Source: Mobula hypostoma (lineage: Eukaryota). From it: a stretch of DNA of 64,000 nt. Where the stretch lies: the NCBI RefSeq assembly GCF_963921235.1, contig NC_086097.1, forward strand, positions 191,148,001-191,212,000, given 5' to 3'. The position numbers and the translations under genes are program-made. The notes under the pieces were generated by a model. That model saw only the letters and a program-made list of their open reading frames with translations. It did no database searches and had not been told where the DNA came from. Shown in pieces: positions 51,316-61,847 of the stretch; the stretch's first letter is position 1; each line of letters starts with the position of its first letter.

Positions 51316-51829
51316 CTTTGTCTGCTTCAAGGTGCATACCCAAATTCCTCTAAGTCTACATGACCAAGTCCTTCAGGAAATCATAAAATTGCTAGTTCAT
51401 TTAGTCAGATAAAAAGTACATTTCTTAAAAGACTGTGGATTGCAATGATCATTGAGGTAGTACGAGGGAAAAATAATAAAAGAATACAGAATAAAATGCT
51501 ACAATTACAAAAAAATGCAGTTCAGGTAGACAATAAAGAGAAATGTCATAAAAATATTGATGGAGAGGACATCCGTGTTATCACACTAGGGTCTGTTCAA
51601 TAGTCTTATAACAAGCAGGGTAGAAGCTGAATTGCCACCAGAAATTTTAACTTTTTTCTTGGTTTTCATTTCCACAGTTATGTCCATTGAGAACTACTTC
51701 ACATTATTATTCTTCTTGATAGACTCAAAGGATGGGCTTTAAGTCTGAATGCATGTTCTTCAGTAGTTTCCTTGCAGTAGCACTGTAAACTCAGTTTTAA
51801 CTGTACTCTTAAGTATACTTGTTGGTTCC

Positions 51830-52437
51830 TTAAGGTTGTTGTAGCTGGGGGTTGTAAGTAGAGATAAGCACCCTCAACCTACTAAATGCTCCCAATGGTG
51901 GGTATCTCAAACAGCTGCAAGTCTAGCCCCTGGCTTTCATGTGTGTCTTAGCTACTAAGCCCAGCAGGACTGTTTCTACTGAAGGAGAAGCGGCAAAGAC
52001 AGGTTACTAGCACCTTAAAACTAGTCGCTTTGGGTAGACAAGGTTCATCAGCCATGATTGACTGCTCATCCAGGAGAAGAAAACCTCTGATCTCAAACTT
52101 CAGCTGCCTTGTATCTATATCTGCTCATGGGGCTTCAGGAGTAAACCCTGAGGAAAAGTCTGGAGCTGGGGTCCCTAAGACAATCCTACATTAAGTTCAG
52201 CACTGAATGACAAATCCTGCAGTGCCACAGGTGCCAAACAGTATTGGTCTCTGCCATCACTTTGGATTCATCAGCTGTGTTAAAAGGGGGAATCTGCTAC
52301 ATGGGCAACAGCTTGCTCCCCATACCATACTGTCCTGGCTCGCATCTCATGTAGACAGCCAGGACACAATATACATGGATGACCCCGACCAGCGGGGCAC
52401 CTCAAGAGTACATGTTAGAGATTCAGAATGGTAGTTT
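51830..52437 (+). mobile_element. Probable 5' region of an old LINE (RTE-like), target of CR1 copy 2
   Basis: Repeat-like 5'UTR text ending near a decayed APE-start-like stretch that continues after 54450. Family assignment is tentative. Confidence 0.35.
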
Positions 52438-54450
52438 ATAGAAACATAGAAACATAGAAACATAGAAAATAGGTGCAGGAGTAGGCCATTCGGCCCTTCG
52501 AGCCTGCACCGCCATTTATTATGATCATGGCTGATCATCCAACTCAGAACCCAGCCTTCCCTCCATACCCCCTGACCCCTGTAGCCACAAGGGCCATATC
52601 TAACTTCCTTTTAAACATAGCTAATGAACTGGCCTCAACAGTTTGCTGTGGCAGAGAATTCCACAGATTCACCACTCTCTGTGTGAAGAAGTTTTTCCTA
52701 ACCTCGGTCCTAAAAGGCTTCCCCTCTATCCTCAAACTGTGACCCCTCGTTCTAGACCTCCCCAACATCGGGAACAATCTTCCTGCATCTAGCCTGTCCA
52801 ATCCCTTTAGGATCTTATACGTTTCAATCAGATCCCCCCTCAATCTTCTAAATTCCAACGAGTACAAGCCCAGTTCATCCAGTCTTTCTTCATATGAAAG
52901 ACCTGCCATCCCAGGAATCAATCTGGTGAACCTTCTTTGTACTCCCTCTATGGCAAAGATGTCTTTCCTCAGATTAGGGGACCAAAACTGCACACAATAC
53001 TCCAGGTGTGGTCTCACCAAGGCCTTGTACAACTGCAGTAGTACCTCCCTGCTCCTGTACTCGAATCCTCTCGCTATAAATGCCAGCATACCGTTCGCCT
53101 TTTTCACCGCCTGCTGTACCTGCATGCCCACTTTCAATGACTGGTGTATAATGACACCCAGGTCTCGTTGCACCTCCCCTTTTCCTAATCGGCCACCATT
53201 CAGATAATAATCTGTTTTCCTATTTTTGCCACCAAAGTGGATAACTTCACATTTATCCACATTAAATTGCATCTGCCATGAGTTTGCCCACTCACCCAAC
53301 CTATCCAAGTCACCCTGCATCCTCTTAGCATCCTCCTCACTGCTAACACTGCCACCCAGCTTCGTGTCATCCGCAAACTTGGAGATGCTGCATTTAATTC
53401 CCTCATCCAAGTCATTAATATATATTGTAAACAACTGGGGTCCCAGCACTGAGCCTTGCGGTACCCCACTAGTCACCGCCTGCCATTCTGAAAAGGTCCC
53501 GTTTATTCCCACTCTTTGCTTCCTGTCTGCTAACCAATTCTCCACCCACACCAATACCTTACCCCCAGTACCGTGTGCTTTAAGTTTGCACACTAATCTC
53601 CTATGTGGGACCTTGTCAAAAGCCTTTTGAAAATCCAAATATACCACATCCACTGGTTCTCCCCTATCCACTCTACTAGTTACATCCTCAAAAAATTCTA
53701 TGAGATTCGTCAGACATGATTTTCCTTTCACAAATCCATGCTGACTTTGTCCGATCATTTCACCGCTTTCCAAATGTGCTGTTATCACATCCTTGATAAC
53801 TGACTCCAGCAGTTTCCCCACCACCGACGTTAGGCTAACCGGCCTATAATTCCCCGGTTTCTCTCTCCCTCCTTTTTTAAAAAGTGGGGTTACATTAGCC
53901 ACCCTCCAATCCTCAGGAACTAGTCCAGAATCTAACGAGTTTTGAAAAATTATCACTAATGCATCCACTATTTCTTGGGCCACTTCCTTAAGCACTCTGG
54001 GATGCAGACCATCTGGCCCTGGGGATTTATCTGCCTTCAATCCCTTCAATTTACCTAACACCACTTCCCTACTAACATGTATTTCGCTCAGTTCCTCCAT
54101 CTCACTGGACCCTCTGTCCCTTACTATTTCTGGAAGATTATTTATGTCCTCCTTAGTGAAGACAGAACCAAAGTAATTATTCAATTGGTCTGCCATGTCC
54201 TTGCTCCCCATAATCAATTCACCTGTTTCTGTTTGCAGGGGACCTACATTTGTCTTTATCAGTCTTTTCCTTTTTACATATCTATAAAAGCTTTTACAGT
54301 CCGTTTTTATGTTCTCTGCCAGTTTTCTCTCATAATCTTTTTTCCCCTTCCTAATTAAGCCCTTTGTCCTCCTCTGCTGAACTCTGAATTTCTCCCAGTC
54401 CTCAGGTGAGCCACTTTCTCTGGCTAATTTGTATGCTACTTCTTTGGAAT
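52438..54450 (-). mobile_element. Young 5'-truncated CR1 LINE, copy 2
   Basis: Reverse complement of 32684-34688; the translated ORF (52544-54475) is the same as copy 1 from SKEVAY to the stop. Confidence 0.96.
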
Positions 54451-55083
54451 CTTGGAATTGTGTAAGGTCAGGCATAAGCCTGACAAAAACTCACTGTAGC
54501 ATGTGACAGACCACTCGCCCTTGTGAATGCTGGGCGTTAGATGCTCTGAGCAATGACCACTAGTTACTTTTTCCTGTGTCCACCTTAGCATATAGTTCTA
54601 AAATCTGTCAGTGAAAATCAATAAAAAAACTGCAGATGCTGAAAATCAAAAATAAAAACATATAATTGAAAAATAATAAAATATAATACGAAATAAAAGA
54701 AAAAAATGCTGAAAACAGTCTAAAATGAAAGCAGAAGATTGTGGAAATGCTCAACATAATATAAATGAAAATGGAGAAAGGCCACAAATATTCATCTAAA
54801 CCATAACAATCCAGCATACTTCATGTTTTCATTTGTAATACCATTTTTAGTGTTGACCCCACACCCGAATGATTTCTACTTTGGTCATTGTTCAAGGTAC
54901 TGAGGAATCATCTTCACCAGAAATCAGCGCATTAAAAAGACATCACATGTACTTCACTTTTAATGTGAGCAGTGACAATGAGATCTATAGGTTTCCAATG
55001 TTAATCTAGTTCAGTTCTTTCACATTGTCAGAGTGAAGTTTGCTTGTTCATTGACAACAAAGCAGCACCAACAGCAAAGTGCT

Positions 55084-55188
55084 CACTGATGCAATTTGTA
55101 ACTGCAATAAAAGAGGCCACTTTTGTTTCATTTACCATAATAAAATTGTCATGGGAAAGAACTCTAACGTTTTTCTCACTACAACTGT
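55084..55188. repeat. 105-bp local duplication, copy 1
   Basis: Matches 56398-56502 with 3 substitutions by manual alignment; the flanks are unrelated. Confidence 0.92.
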
Positions 55189-56397
55189 TCAGAGAATTTC
55201 TTCCGTCTGTCAAAGTGTGTCACTATAGCAACCTATTACCATCTGCCATCATCCCTTGTCAGCACAAGATCACATGGAAATATATTTTAAATCCCTAAGA
55301 AACTAATAGAACTTACAAAATGAATTCAAGCATGATGTAACATCAAAATAATTCATTCTAAGCTATCTGTATTATTACAAAAAACTAACATTTATCGGCT
55401 CATAGTTCAAACAAAATTCCCCCAACATTCCCACTCTCCACACTTGCTCAATTGGTGTATTTGCCAGCTACAGTCTATATAAAATATTCCAGGCACAGGA
55501 TTGCCCATCCCTTCCCAGAATTTATTGTCTTCGGCCTCCCACCACCCCCATCTGCACCCCCCTGCTTCTTCTGAGTACTGTGACTGTCAGAATGATTTCC
55601 ACAAAGGTCTTTTCATATCCTACAGGGGATATTACTGCCTCCCTGTGACCCTGAAATAAAAGTGCGCACTGTCTTCATCTTAAATACATGATAATATTTG
55701 TGGCATATCCAATATAATGAGGTGCATTATATCAATGCAATGTACCTGATTATGTTTGGTTGGTAACAACTATTGGAGATTATTATGTTATTCTTACTTA
55801 GTTACACAATCTCCTTTACCAGTGGGAATATCATTGATAGTTTAGCTTGCTTCATGAAATAATGCTGCACCAATTTCCTTAACTATTTTCTTTGAACCCA
55901 TAATGTGATAGTAAAGCATTGTTATTGTAATCTGAGTTAACACAGAGGGATTGAAGCTAGTAACATAGAGTCATAGAGAAGTACAGCATAGAGGTCTTTA
56001 TTCATCATGATCAGCCAGCATTCTCTTGGAGACGCTTTAGAAGCCTATCAAACTCAAAGTACATCACATTTTTATACTCTTGAGGATAACTGTAACAACG
56101 GGTGATTTAATACAATGCTAATAGCTACAGTGACATAATTTACTTCAATATTTGCTTCCACCTAGTTGGGAGACCCCTCTGTAACCATTGGGACAAACTA
56201 ATTCACAAAGATGGTCTAAAGATATCTGAGGACAGAGATCACAGGCACCCATAATTAGTATTGTGGGGGTTGACTCTCTCTGCACATAAATTCCCCAACG
56301 ATGAATAGATCAAATATGCCTGTGACCATGTTTGATGTGCTAAGTGACAATATCAGTCTGGACAGCATGTTTCCTTAAACTTCGTCACAAGTACTTA

Positions 56398-56502
56398 CAC
56401 TGATGCAATTTGCAACTGCAATAAAAGAGGCCACTTTTGTTTCATTAACCATAATAAAATTGTCATGGGAAAGAACTCTAACGTTTTTCTCACCACAACT
56501 GT
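56398..56502 (-). repeat. 105-bp local duplication, copy 2 (exon-like on the minus strand)
   Basis: Minus strand: TTATTTTACAG | 100 nt | GTAAGT. Confidence 0.9.
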
Positions 56503-57539
56503 AAAATAACTTAGCCATATTGGATAGTTTGATGTAACCAATTAAATGGCATCCTTTGCCATGCATTTGGCCGATACATACAAAAAAAATTCATGGTCAC
56601 TTCCCTTTCCAAACCATATCTCTTGAGCAGCCAGTTCCCTGCTGTGAGCCAACGGCTTGGATTCTGCAGACAACACCATTTGTCAAACTTTCCTTTTAAC
56701 TTCAAAATGATTACTGCTTGCAATTTACATTAGGAGCTGAAGTCTGATTTTTGTTTGAATTAATACTTGGTATACTCACGTAATTCCATAACTCCTGAAT
56801 CCATAAAACAAAATCTAAAAGTACCAACTGATATGAGACATAGCAAGCATGTTAACACTGAAAAACTACCAGATAAACATATCATTTCAGATCTGAGGGA
56901 AACTTTTAACAATTTAAATCATTTCCTATTATCTTGAAAGAATATCGCACATAGCAATTAAACACAATTTATTGAAGTTTTAGACTCAATAGTGTGACAG
57001 TAATCCATAGCTTTGTGGTGGTGATGAGAAGTACACCTGCTCCTACTAACATTGCCATAATTCAATTTTAAATGTTTATTAGCTCTTAAACTTCATCAGT
57101 AAAATAAATGGCTATAAAGTATGCCATATACTCTCAATATTTTTGTCTAAAATAGCAAACGAGACATCTATGTCTGTTAAAAATTAAAACAACAATAAAA
57201 ACAATCCAACAGTAGATTCTCAAGATATTGTGGTAGGTTAATCCTTAGGCTTAGTTTACATTTTTAGGGGCTTACTTTCAATGACTGGTGTATTTTCACT
57301 CTGAGATCCCTTTGACCTGGAATCACATCTTTCAAGAAATAGGTGACTTTCCTATTCTTGCTGTTTACATTGACTAGTGCACATTAAACTGGGTTGCAAA
57401 CTTAATCACTCGCTATTCTGCAAGTTTATTAATGCTGTTTTATAATTTGTTTCAGAACTCCTCTGTATTGATTATTCCCCATACAACCCCCCTCCCAGGC
57501 AAATTTCCCATCAATTAGAAATTCTAGTGTCTAAACTTT

Positions 57540-58700
57540 TAATGTAAATTGTGAAGTACAATGATCTCAACATCAATCTTTATGAAAAGAACTTCTTCCA
57601 TTGTGATTAGTCACTCTACTTCCAATCTGTTTGCCCTCCTAAAACCAGACTACACTTTTTTCAGCTATTTACCCTCTGATCTGCAATCCCTAATCTTATT
57701 CATCGGTATGTTTTGGGGAACCTTAGTGAAGGCTTTATGAACATTAAGATGAATTACACTAGAGTATTACTATTGTCTCTGTTATCTTTTCCAAAAAAAA
57801 CAATATGATTGATCAAATTAGACTTCCCTTTTGAAATCCATGCTGACTATTCATAATTATGCTTTTGTTTCTGGATGTTCTTCCATTCTACCTTTTAAAA
57901 GGAGTCCATTATTTTTCCTAATGTTAATGATGAATGAGGTCTAAAATTTTCTGGTCATATTATAGCCCCTATCTTAAATATAAAGGTAATGTATCATCTA
58001 TTTGCCAGTATAGTAATACATCTGTTGCCTCTTCCTTAAAATATTTTAAAATGCATGGATGCAATTCACCTGCATTGAAAAGGATGGGGGTAGGTGGGTA
58101 TAGAAGATTACCATCTGAGTTTGATATCTAATGTATCCTTTTCATCTATTTTGAATGTACTTCTTTCATATGCAACTCACCATTCAATAATGTGTCGCTA
58201 GTTCTATTTCCCTAACAAGTATTGAAGCAAAGTGGGAATTTAATATTTCTGCTGATCATTATCTGTAATGTTATCCATTAGAGCCCCAATCCCCTCACAA
58301 CTATTTTTTTACTTACCTCTCTATAAACTATTTTACTGTTTTATGTGCCTTGATAATTTGATATCATAATTCTTCCTTGCTTTCCTAATTGCATTTTTAT
58401 TGACTTCCCTCCCAATACATTTGCATTCTCGCTTATGGCATCTCCTGATGTCTCGGAACATAATGTATGCCTCTTTCCTTGCTTTGAATTGTTTTGTTAT
58501 TGCTTTTTTTCATCCATGGAATATCATGAGTATTTTGTTTGATTTTTCCTTTAAGCAGGAAACATATTTTACTGCACTCTGAACACCATTTTAAATATCT
58601 CTTATTGTTATTCTATATTGTTATTGGCCAATATTATTGTCCACTTTACCTGAGCACCTCAAAACCAACTTTTCTTTAATGTATAAACAAGCTTTTGTTG
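57540..58700 (-). mobile_element. Ancient, AT-drifted CR1 relic
   Basis: Minus-strand SQHGFQKGKS at ~57820-57850, with faint collinear CR1-like text on either side. Confidence 0.5.
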
Positions 58701-59179
58701 TACTTATTGTAATTTTCTATTATCATAAAGTGCACAATTATTACAGTCACCATTGAATAAATATTCCTCTAACTTTTACATCTCTTGTTCACTTCAGTTT
58801 ATTTCTAATTGTAGATCCAATAATGAATCCTCCACTTTTGGGTACTTATAGATGATTAAGAAGCATTCCTCTATTACACTATATGGCAACTTTATTCCCT
58901 TTTCAGTTGTAGGCAACTTTCAATGAATCAAGGTTGTCTGGGATTAACTGTCTTCATCTCATCCATGACAGGGACAGATACTCTTTACTCGTTTGCACTC
59001 TTTTGAAAATGTGTCCTTTCTGCTATGTATAATTCTCAGTTCTTATTTATCTTTTTGATTGATCCATTTTTGGTTGTCCCTAAAACAACATTATTTCTTC
59101 CTGGCTGTGACTGCATTCAGCTCTGTTTCAATGGACGCATCATGTGCATTGATGTACAGGCAGTTTAACTCTTTTTTTT

Positions 59180-59460
59180 AAGGCAAGTGATGAGAGGGAC
59201 TCTCAATCTTCTTAGGAAGTGGAGGCGCTGCTATATCTTCTTGTTCAGGGAGGTGATGCTAAGGGATCAGGTGAGGTCATCTGTGATGTGAACTTCCAGG
59301 AATTTAGTGCACTTAGCTCGCTCTAAGGAGGAACCATGTATTAGTAAAGGGAGATGATTCATCTGAACCTTCCTGAAATCCACAATGATTTCCTTGATCT
59401 TTTCCATGTTCAGGCTTAGGTTGTTCTTCTCACACCAGTCACTCCCCTTCTTCTCCATAC
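59180..59460 (-). mobile_element. Rex1/Babar RT C-terminal fragment
   Basis: WCEKNNLSLNMEKIKEIIVDFRK...KFLEVHITDDLT. Confidence 0.8.
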
Positions 59461-60375
59461 TCCGTCTGCAGGATGTTCTATGCTGATTGCTGCCTGATGG
59501 ACTTGTGGTCAGAGATGTTTACTTGGAAAATTGGGGATTTCTGGATGGGGAGGCTCGAAGGGCCAGAAGGGACTACTCCACTCTATATATCAATAAATAA
59601 ATAAATAATGCCACAAAGGATAGGTAATGCAGCAGTGTCCAATTCTGGATGGTTAACAGGGCCAAATCTACCCTCTATAACATGAGGGACAGGTAGAACC
59701 TCAGCACATGGTGACTTCTGTGCCCAAATGCTTTGGGTCCACAAATTGATAGAACCACCCACAAAGTTGGTCATCAGGATGAGGGCAACATTAAGTGCAT
59801 TTTGCCTCCATTCTCCGGGGACTTATGCATTGTGATCCATCAGATTCACTCTATCTGATGCCCAAGTGAGCTGGCCTCTGTTGATTCCAGTCTCCAGGAG
59901 CATGAGAGTAGCAGGCTAAATTTTTTCCTTGGCAATAATTGTCGATGAACTCTGCCCCCCTTTGACCTCTCTGTTTTGACACTTTCCTTGCCTGCACCAT
60001 CAATTTTCTGTATTTCCTTTGTCCTCTGATAAGCAGTGGTTGATGACAAATGGCTGTTGTATTGTCCTTTTTACCCAAGCAATACACACAAAATGCTGGA
60101 GTAACTCAACAAGTCATGCTGTGTCTATACAGAGGAATAAATAGTTGATGCCTGGGACCAAGACCCTTCCTGTTCTGCTTATTCTCAGAAACTTGTCTCT
60201 TAGGTGGTGTCTCCAGGGATTTCTTCCTTTCCACTACCTTCTTGTCCTTCTACCATCTCCTATTCCATTGTCTGTATCTCCTGCAGTGTTCTTAAATACA
60301 CTGAAACTCTCATCCTCAAGTTGATTCAAACCTTTTTGTCCTATTTCATTTTGAAACACTTTGTGTCTCCGTCTC

Positions 60376-61847
60376 TGTCACAGTGGGGGGCGATGGTGAC
60401 GGACCCAAATGCAAGACACAGACACTGAAGTACTAGGAACAGGACTAGGTAAGTCAAGAAAGCAACAGAAGTGGGGAAGAAAGGACATTGGACATGACAG
60501 AGGCCCTGGACGAGACAAGGATACAGGGCCTGGGTTAGGACTTGACTAGGATAACAGACCCAGGACATGGAACTTGGAACTAGAAGCCTGGGCTTGGACT
60601 CCGAGCCAGAGACTGGTCAAGGACCCGAAACCTGGGTCTTGACTCGGGCTCGGACCCAGGATCCAGGCGGGGCTTGGGTTCCTCGAGGCAGGGACATGAC
60701 GGGGCTTGGGTTCCTCAAGGCGGGGACGTGATGGGGCTTGGGTTCCTCGAGGCGGGGACATGACGGGGCTTGGGTTCCTCAAGGCGGGGACGTGATGGGG
60801 CTTGGGTTCCTCGAGGCGGAGACGTGACGGGGCTTGGGTTCCTCAAGGCAGGGACGTGACAGGGCTTGGGTTCCTCGAGGCGGGGACGTGACGGGGCTTG
60901 GGTTCCTCGAGGCGGGGACGTGACGGGGCTTGGGTTCCTCGAGGCGGAGACGTGACAGGGCTTGGGTTCCTCGAGGCTAGGGTATTTTGAGGCTTGGATA
61001 TGGACTCTGAGCCAGAGACTGGGCAAGGACCCAGAACATGGGACTTGTCTAGGGCTCGGACTCCAGAACTAAGCGAGGACAAGACGTGGATACAGGATGA
61101 GGAGAGGCAACAGGACTGGACACGAGACCCCTGTACAGGACAAGGACACCCCAGCTGGGCAAGGTACTCCTGGGCTGGGCGAGAGAAATGGACAAGACAA
61201 GAATACAAAGCCATAGGACAAGATTCTTGGATCGTGGCTAGGACTGGACGAGAGTCAAGGGAGAGGCAGGAATGCAGAGCCATGGTTGAGGGAGAGGCAG
61301 GAACATGGAACACAGAGCCAGGACCCCTCCTTGGAAACAGGACGTAGGGCCAGGCCTCATACACAGAACATAGAGCCGGGACCCCTCCTTGGGTACAGGA
61401 CATAGGGCCGGGACTCATTACACAGAATGCAGAATAGAACGAGACGGTTCTCAACACAAGATAGTGGCAGATGGCCGGACCTACCTAGTGAAGGCATGGA
61501 CACAGACAGTTCCCAACACTAGGTAGTGGCAAACAGCCGGACCTGCCTAACGAAGGTGAGGACACAAAGATAGATTCCAACACTAGGTGGTAGCAAACAT
61601 CCGGACCTGCATAGTGAAGGCACGGACACTGAGACAGTTCAAAACAACAATAGGCAATTCCTTATCTTGCTCCAACAATTGAACTTGACAGCAGTGCAGG
61701 CGAGGGTTACAGGCAACACAAGGCGAGGCAAGGCTTCAGACAAGGCACAGCGAGGCAAGGCTTCATAGGATATGTGATGAGGCAACAGAAGAAAGGGAAG
61801 GGATTCAGACAGGAGGTATGGTCAGGAACAATCCAGCAGCCAGAGGC
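60376..61847 (-). mobile_element. Solo LTR (family A, copy 3), truncated by the adjacent LINE
   Basis: Begins TGTCAC; GGACCCAAATGCAAGACACAGACACTGAAGTAC is the reverse complement of the 3' end of copies 1 and 2. Confidence 0.8.
60668..60977. repeat. GC-rich 32-bp minisatellite, ~10 copies
   Basis: Unit CGGGGCTTGGGTTCCTCGAGGCGGGGACGTGA at exact 32-bp spacing (60671, 60703 ... 60959). Confidence 0.95.

Noticed and set aside
34691..52437. Segment between the inverted CR1 copies as a composite transposon or an existing inversion
   Set aside because: Each CR1 sits in its own target, the flanks of copy 1 are collinear, and I found no shared outer TSD.
60668..60977. 32-bp periodic array as a possible CRISPR array
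   Set aside because: The units are contiguous with no unique spacers, there are no cas genes, and the array lies inside a eukaryotic LTR.
60546..61457. Pro/Arg-rich repetitive ORFs (also 8724-9213)
   Set aside because: They arise from stop-free tandem repeats inside LTRs.
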